64,000 bases of DNA, from positions 16,090,485 to 16,154,484 of the forward strand of contig NC_134027.1 of assembly GCF_964204645.1 (NCBI RefSeq). The letters are read 5' to 3'. The notes below the pieces were generated by a model that saw only the letters and a program-made list of their open reading frames with translations, ran no database searches and had not been told where the DNA came from. This stretch comes from Tubulanus polymorphus. Lineage: Eukaryota > Animalia > Nemertea. The number at the start of each line of letters is the position of its first letter. Position 1 is the first letter of the stretch. Positions 63,714-64,000 of the stretch are shown here, one piece after another. A program made the translations under genes and the position numbers.

Positions 63714-64000
63714 ATGAACGGGTGTGGACATTTCTCATAGTTAACTAAAAAGTCAAAGTAACCTCAAGGTTACCATGTAAAATTAACTTAACTTGAACTC
63801 TAAAACTGGGGTTGGAATTAACTTTTTGTTAACCGGAGGTTAACTTTTTTGTTAACTTCTGGTTAAGTGACTGAATGCAGATTCAGTGAATCATGTTGAG
63901 AACAAATTCCAGGAATCAGTTCTGAGATTTCCCCTGTACAAATTCATGCGGTTGTGGGAAAGCAATATGCTGTGCAGCAATATCCATAAAAAAGTTTGCC

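Noticed and set aside
63720-64000. TTAAC-rich palindromic stretch as the virus-host junction
   Set aside because: Too little sequence at the window edge to tell a boundary from another intergenic insertion

Overview
The window looks like ~64 kb of a large eukaryotic dsDNA virus genome, most plausibly a divergent invertebrate herpesvirus-like (Herpesvirales-related) element. It is densely packed with apparently intron-poor ORFs with TATA boxes and AATAAA signals. Motif-recognisable genes are an assemblin-like capsid protease/scaffold (37592-40087), a PD-(D/E)xK alkaline-exonuclease-like nuclease (7758-10058) with a broken paralog (49548-50945), a baculovirus-F/errantivirus-Env-like class I fusion glycoprotein (44224-46899), a PrimPol-type primase in frame with an SF3 helicase (54082-57051), RING proteins and several type I membrane glycoproteins. 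Several signs suggest the element is endogenised in an animal genome and decaying: three 5'-truncated CR1/L2-type LINEs (two with candidate TSDs), a foldback/MITE insertion, a Penelope-type minimal hammerhead, and single nonsense or frameshift lesions in many accessory genes while the long core-like ORFs stay open. The most distinctive non-coding structure is a dispersed 20-bp repeat (TTATTTCTCCTCTYGTAACC, often capped by an inverted copy) at about 10 intergenic loci. It borders rearranged gene fragments and brackets a duplicated ~1-kb module containing a perfect ~96-bp-arm, G-tract-rich palindrome (candidate replication origin). A tRNA-Leu(TAA)-like gene with a nearby long hairpin and a collapsed nucleoside hydrolase relic are also present. 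All family assignments come from motif recognition by eye, not database searches.
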